Shown: piece after piece, positions 59,841-64,000 of the stretch
How positions within the stretch are numbered: position 1 is the first letter of the stretch
Layout of the letters: the number at the start of each line of letters is the position of its first letter
Assembly: GCF_024502345.1 (NCBI RefSeq)
Contig: NZ_JALDNN010000001.1
Length of the DNA: 64,000 bases
From: Escherichia coli
GTDB taxonomy: Bacteria; Pseudomonadota; Gammaproteobacteria; Enterobacterales; Enterobacteriaceae
Reading direction: 5' to 3' (one strand)
The notes under the pieces: model-generated
Told to the model about the DNA's origin: nothing
Databases searched by the model: none
Seen by the model: the letters and a program-made list of their open reading frames with translations, nothing else
Made by a program: the position numbers and the translations under genes

Positions 59841-61769
59841 TTAAAATTCGGTCATCACATTGCATTTCAGAAACGCTTTTTTGACCTGGTAGTAAGACTG
59901 CGCCATCGTCTTCAGCGCTCTTTTTTTATAGTGTCCGGCACTTTCGCCAAGCAGATAACCGGAACGCTCTAACGGTCTGGCCACATCAACGGTCTTAAGT
60001 CCCTTTTCAGAACAGAGCTTTTCAAACACCGATTCATAAATCAGGAAGTCGCCGGTTTTGTAATGGACGAATCCCCACATATCTCCCGGGCATCGGGCAT
60101 GTTCGTCACGCAGGGTGATAAAGTGCCTGCTGCTTTTTGTCACCAGCGTCAGCTGAAGCTCCTCCAGCATGTTACGCACCGGGTTATACTGATTCTGGTT
60201 ATCATCCAGCCAGCGTCGTGCAGCGGACATAACGGATTCAGCCACCGCATCGCTTTCGAAAGGTAAAAGGCCATATTTCAGCGCCTTCTCTCCTGCCAGC
60301 CATACCAGCGCAAATCTTTTCAGTCCGCGCCGCTGAACGCGGGTAATATCACGCCCCTCATCCCTCAGGGCCTCTTCCAGTGCGTTACAGCAATCATCTG
60401 TCTGTTCCTGGAGCCAGGATGAAAACTCTGCGTAGGTGCGAAGACCGCCAGCCGTATTTTTCCCGGATAACAGTTTGCCGATAAATGCAGGCCCGGCATG
60501 ACCATAAGCCTCTGCCAGCCCCGTCTTCAGTGCATCTGCACGGGCACGTGTTTCTGATACCGGTTCATCCGGTTTTTGAGCATCCTCAGGCAACAGTTCC
60601 ATACTGATGGCCCTGTGCTCCTGCCCTCCCTGTAACACGGCTTTCTGTTCAGCCAGCTTTTCGGAGATTGACATCTCACCGGTGGAGAGAATAAACATGC
60701 GCCATTTAAACGGCTCATCTGCCGTCAGGCCACGGTTCAGGCGCTCTTTTGCCGTACCTGACGTAATGTTGTAAAGCAGTGAGGAAAGTTGCTTATGATT
60801 ACTCGCACCCAGTTCATCGACGCAGGCGACCAGACCGGAATAGTCAGCGAGAAGGCGCTCCATCGCGTTAGGCGTGGTATTCCAGCGAATAATATTTACA
60901 TTCCCCCCACTACCCGGCTCGCTGCCATCACCATGGACCGATGCAGCCAGCATCAGGAGAAGCGTTTTACCGGTGGTGGATACGCCGTGAAAATGAAACA
61001 TGCCCACATCCATACCGGCAGGAACCAGAAGCATCGAAGCAAAGGACGCACTCAGTGCAAAGGTCTGCGCCCAGCCATGGACATTTTCCCGGATGAGGTT
61101 AATCCACTCCTCCAGGGCCCCACCTTTGTGCAGTCCGGGACGCACGCGGAATCCCGGCAGTAGATAATCAAACCCGGTCAGAGAGGTCACAACGGGCTCA
61201 TGACCATGTAAAAAGGCCATATCCTCCGAAACGAATCCCATCGCATCTGCCATCAGATAGACAGGCAGCGGTAAACTCCGGCAGCGCTGAAGAAAACGGT
61301 CAAAAAGGGCAAACTGCTGTGGAGAGGAGCCAACACAAAATCCACGATCTGCCAGTTTGCCTACTACCTGAGCACCGCTCTGAACAATATCCTCAAAGCG
61401 TACCAGGGCCTTAACATACTTACCCAGCCCGTTACCGGTCATCAGGCTGATCCCAAGACCGGACTCCTTATCTTTTCCACAAAACAGGGCGACAGGCACA
61501 ACTGGCGTGGTGCAAACCTGCACAGGTTTCTGTCCACCGATGTAGAAAAGGCCATTAGCCGTATTCACATAATGCCGTGGCAGCCCATCACCAATACCGA
61601 GTGAAGCGATATCATCTTCACCGACCTCAGTGTTTTCAGCACGCCTGATAATTGCTTCCGACATTTTGTTGAAATTTTTATCGCGGTCAGCAAAAGCGCG
61701 AATACGCTTAATCCCGGAAACCTTAGGAACATTAGTTGTCACTTTTTTATTCATGTGTATTACCATCAA
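59841..61769 (-). CDS. DUF927-like P-loop helicase / replication initiator of a mobile element (start codon uncertain)
   Basis: 642-aa ORF. Its N-terminal region (NGLFYIGGQKPVQVCTTPVVPVALFCGKDKESGLGISL...) resembles DUF927 as I recall it. Walker A is HGVSTTGKT and Walker B is LVACVDELG. The alternative start MNKKVTT lies 5 codons in. Confidence 0.7.
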   Translation of the reverse strand: MMVIHMNKKVTTNVPKVSGIKRIRAFADRDKNFNKMSEAIIRRAENTEVGEDDIASLGIGDGLPRHYVNTANGLFYIGGQKPVQVCTTPVVPVALFCGKDKESGLGISLMTGNGLGKYVKALVRFEDIVQSGAQVVGKLADRGFCVGSSPQQFALFDRFLQRCRSLPLPVYLMADAMGFVSEDMAFLHGHEPVVTSLTGFDYLLPGFRVRPGLHKGGALEEWINLIRENVHGWAQTFALSASFASMLLVPAGMDVGMFHFHGVSTTGKTLLLMLAASVHGDGSEPGSGGNVNIIRWNTTPNAMERLLADYSGLVACVDELGASNHKQLSSLLYNITSGTAKERLNRGLTADEPFKWRMFILSTGEMSISEKLAEQKAVLQGGQEHRAISMELLPEDAQKPDEPVSETRARADALKTGLAEAYGHAGPAFIGKLLSGKNTAGGLRTYAEFSSWLQEQTDDCCNALEEALRDEGRDITRVQRRGLKRFALVWLAGEKALKYGLLPFESDAVAESVMSAARRWLDDNQNQYNPVRNMLEELQLTLVTKSSRHFITLRDEHARCPGDMWGFVHYKTGDFLIYESVFEKLCSEKGLKTVDVARPLERSGYLLGESAGHYKKRALKTMAQSYYQVKKAFLKCNVMTEF

Positions 61770-61838
61770 ATTACGCCACCGTCAGAAAACGGGTGCATCA
61801 GAACCATAGTTAAAAACCATACCGTTGAGTGAAGGTTG

Positions 61839-63251
61839 TTACCCCATCGCCCGGTTAACGACTTCGTGGTAACGCGCCGGGGAAGCGTGCAAGTAAAGCT
61901 CCGTTACTTTGATAGTGCTGTGACCCAATAAGTCTTTGACGGTGTGAATGTCGGCCCCGCTCTCAATGAGCTTTGTCGCAAAGGTATGACGCATCTCATG
62001 GATGGTGAACGGTGGAATACCCGCAGCCTCACAAAGTCGTTTTTGCAGGCGACGCGGCTCAGCAACCGGATTGTCGGTTCCCTTGCCCGGAAATACCCAG
62101 CCTTCATCACCCAGATGCTGACGCTGTTCTGTCAGAAGAACGAAAGCCTTATCACATACCGGTACACGGCGTAGTTTGCCGTTTTTGGTATGGCGAAGGG
62201 TGATAACCTTGCGGCTCCAGTCCACATCTTCAAGACGAAGGTGACGGGTTTCCCCCAGACGCAGCCCCGTCAGGGCAAGGAACATGAGAAGAGCAAGGGC
62301 TTCATGATCGGGTTTACCATTACGCCAGCGCTCACAGACGTCCATCCAGCGCTGAAGCTGGGAGTCATCCATGGCACGGCGATCTGACGTCACTTCAGGC
62401 AGCGCTTTGATATAAAGCGCCGGAGAGCGGCTGATGTATCCCATGCGTATAGCCCAGGTAAACACCGCTTTAATGAGCGCCAGATGGCGGTTGCGGGTGG
62501 CAGGCTTGAGATCGAGATTATGCAGATAGCTCAGAATATCTGCCTCCGTCATACCTGCCAGCTTTTTGTCACCGAGAAGAGGGCGCAGGTATTTACGGAT
62601 CTTAGAAAGGTCGGTGTTAGCTGAACGCTTAACGCCCGTGCTGAGTACGCTTTTCTCATACTCATCCACAAGCTCATTAAACGTCATTTTACTGTGAGTA
62701 AGAAAACGCTCACCGTAAGCCTCAACGGCGGTCTTGAGCTCCTGAATTATTTTAAAGGCATGCTCCCTTGCATCTTTAATTGAAATTTCCGGGTAGCCTC
62801 CTACGGCAACGTAGATATTCTTTCCGCGAATACTTTTGCGGACAATAAATTTAATGCGACCTGATGGATAGAATATTGCCTTAAGTCCGGTTAACTTCTT
62901 ATCGCTGGTCTCGATTGTTTGTGCAGCTTGTACTGCACGGATTTTATATTCATCAAAAAGGGCTTTAGTAAAAACACCTCCAGTATTTTTAGGTGCAACC
63001 CCTGGATATTCTACAACATCAGATACTCCAGAGTCGGAATACCCCTGAGCTTCCACATCTACATTGAAGGAATTTTTATGAGCAGCTGTGATGCTCTTTT
63101 CATCCAGCACTTGCGTTATTTTATTTAAAGGGTAATTAACTTTCATAATATGTACATGGTCCTCTGAAAATTCAGATGATAATGAGTAATTTAATATGTC
63201 GGCCAACAATGGGATAAGCTTATTTATTCGTGGCATCACTTTCAAGCCCAT
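61839..63251 (-). CDS. Tyrosine-type site-specific integrase (int2), with a long N-terminal extension
   Basis: 470-aa ORF. It has an arm-binding segment (VAVGGYPEISIKDAREHA) and a catalytic signature of TGLRLGETRHL, HEMRHTFAT, LLGHSTIKVTELYLH. The start codon is uncertain because no clear Shine-Dalgarno is visible. Confidence 0.85.
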   Translation of the reverse strand: MGLKVMPRINKLIPLLADILNYSLSSEFSEDHVHIMKVNYPLNKITQVLDEKSITAAHKNSFNVDVEAQGYSDSGVSDVVEYPGVAPKNTGGVFTKALFDEYKIRAVQAAQTIETSDKKLTGLKAIFYPSGRIKFIVRKSIRGKNIYVAVGGYPEISIKDAREHAFKIIQELKTAVEAYGERFLTHSKMTFNELVDEYEKSVLSTGVKRSANTDLSKIRKYLRPLLGDKKLAGMTEADILSYLHNLDLKPATRNRHLALIKAVFTWAIRMGYISRSPALYIKALPEVTSDRRAMDDSQLQRWMDVCERWRNGKPDHEALALLMFLALTGLRLGETRHLRLEDVDWSRKVITLRHTKNGKLRRVPVCDKAFVLLTEQRQHLGDEGWVFPGKGTDNPVAEPRRLQKRLCEAAGIPPFTIHEMRHTFATKLIESGADIHTVKDLLGHSTIKVTELYLHASPARYHEVVNRAMG

Positions 63252-63317
63252 GAAAAATCAGCTCTTACATGCCCATTGACATTTAATACTCAAGTCAGAA
63301 AGACCATGATGATTCAT

Positions 63318-63331
63318 CAGGAGTACTCCTG
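63318..63331. promoter_or_regulatory. Perfect 14-bp palindrome upstream of int2
   Basis: CAGGAGTACTCCTG lies 67-80 bp upstream of the annotated int2 start. It is a candidate operator. Confidence 0.3.
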
Positions 63332-63423
63332 CTCAGGGAAAAGGGAAAATAGCGTTAAACCCTATAAAAAAATTGTGTTCCGGATGCATCGCCCAAAGTA
63401 AGTCAACTTTTGAGGCCCTGAAG

Positions 63424-64000
63424 GGCTTTGTTGAATAAATCAGATTTCGGGTAAGTCTCCCCCGTAGCGGGTTGTGTTTTCAGGCAATACGCACGCTTTC
63501 AGGCATACCTGCTTTCGTCATTTTGTTCAGCGCTCGTACCAGGGCCATAGCCTCCGCAACCTGACCATCGTAGTCACGCAGCGTCAGTGAACCCCCGAAC
63601 AGCTGTTTTACCCGGTACATCGCCGTTTCCGCTATCGAGCGACGGTTGTAATCTGTTGTCCATTTCCACCGCGCATTACGCTGATTAGCCACTGCACGGT
63701 TACGGTCTGCATATTCACCGGGCCAGTAACCCGCACCTTTTCGGGGAGGGATAAGCGCGCTGATTTTCTTACGCCGCAGTTCATCGTGACAGAGCCGGGT
63801 GTCGTAAGCGCCGTCTGCCGATGCTGCCCTGATTTTTCTGTGAGTCTGCCGGATAAGACCCGGGAAGGCTTCTGAGTCCGTCACATTGTTCAGCGACAGG
63901 TCAGCGCAGATGATTTCATGTGTTTTACTGTCAACGGCGAGATGCAGCTTACGCCAGATACGGCGGCGTTCCTGGCCATGCTTTTTGACTTTCCACTCGC
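63424..64000. mobile_element. IS903-like element (IS5 family), truncated by the window edge
   Basis: The terminal inverted repeat GGCTTTGTTGAATAAATC starts at 63424, followed by the transposase C-terminus on the minus strand. Confidence 0.85.
63480..64000 (-). CDS. IS903-family DDE transposase (C-terminal part; N-terminus outside the window)
   Basis: The frame stays open to the window edge. It translates ...RRRIWRKLHLAVDSKTHEIICADLSLNNVTDSEAFPGLIRQTHRKIRAASADGAYDTRLCHDELRRKKISALIPPRKGAGYW...AGMPESVRIA, matching IS903/IS102 transposase as I recall it. Confidence 0.85.
   Translation of the reverse strand, partial: EWKVKKHGQERRRIWRKLHLAVDSKTHEIICADLSLNNVTDSEAFPGLIRQTHRKIRAASADGAYDTRLCHDELRRKKISALIPPRKGAGYWPGEYADRNRAVANQRNARWKWTTDYNRRSIAETAMYRVKQLFGGSLTLRDYDGQVAEAMALVRALNKMTKAGMPESVRIA

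Larger units (their letters stand above)
52221..64000. mobile_element. pheU-associated mosaic genomic island (right end beyond the window)
   Basis: K-12-like synteny ends at the tRNA 3' end. Downstream lie two tyrosine integrases, a helicase/replication gene, defence-type genes, an AT-rich block and an IS903-like element. Confidence 0.85.

Overview
The window is Escherichia coli chromosome in two parts. About 52 kb is conserved backbone and the last 12 kb is an accessory island at tRNA-Phe (pheU). Calls rest on my reading of the ORF translations and my recall of K-12 proteins and motifs; no searches or computations were run.

Backbone (1-52220): the region is colinear with the K-12 aidB-to-pheU region (about 94-95 min) in reverse orientation. 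Gene order is aidB', yjfCMLKJI, rlmB, rnr, nsrR, purA, yjeT, hflCKX, hfq, miaA, mutL, amiB, tsaE, nnr, queG, three tandem tRNA-Gly(GCC), orn, rsgA, psd, mscM, yjeM, epmA, frdABCD, ampC, blc, sugE/gdx, ecnBA, efp, epmB, yjeJ, yjeI, groLS, yjeH, fxsA, aspA, dcuA, cutA, dsbD, yjdC, pheU. Many ORF-track entries carry spurious N-terminal extensions, so I trimmed starts to the K-12-like start codons.

Island (52221 to the window end), where K-12 as I recall it has cadC:
- An ORF-free repeat-bearing leader of about 0.8 kb.
- A visibly AT-rich cassette holding an overlapping SIR2-like/HerA-like ATPase operon (the SIR2-HerA anti-phage class).
- A convergent orphan 274-aa protein with a PD-(D/E)xK-type nuclease motif. 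This is my best candidate for an undescribed defence component.
- A tyrosine integrase (int1) about 6 kb from the tRNA.
- A compact module on the minus strand: a second integrase (int2), a DUF927-like P-loop helicase, and a 118-aa stand-alone copy of the integrase arm-binding domain.
- A truncated IS903-like element at the window edge.

The island's right boundary is outside the window.
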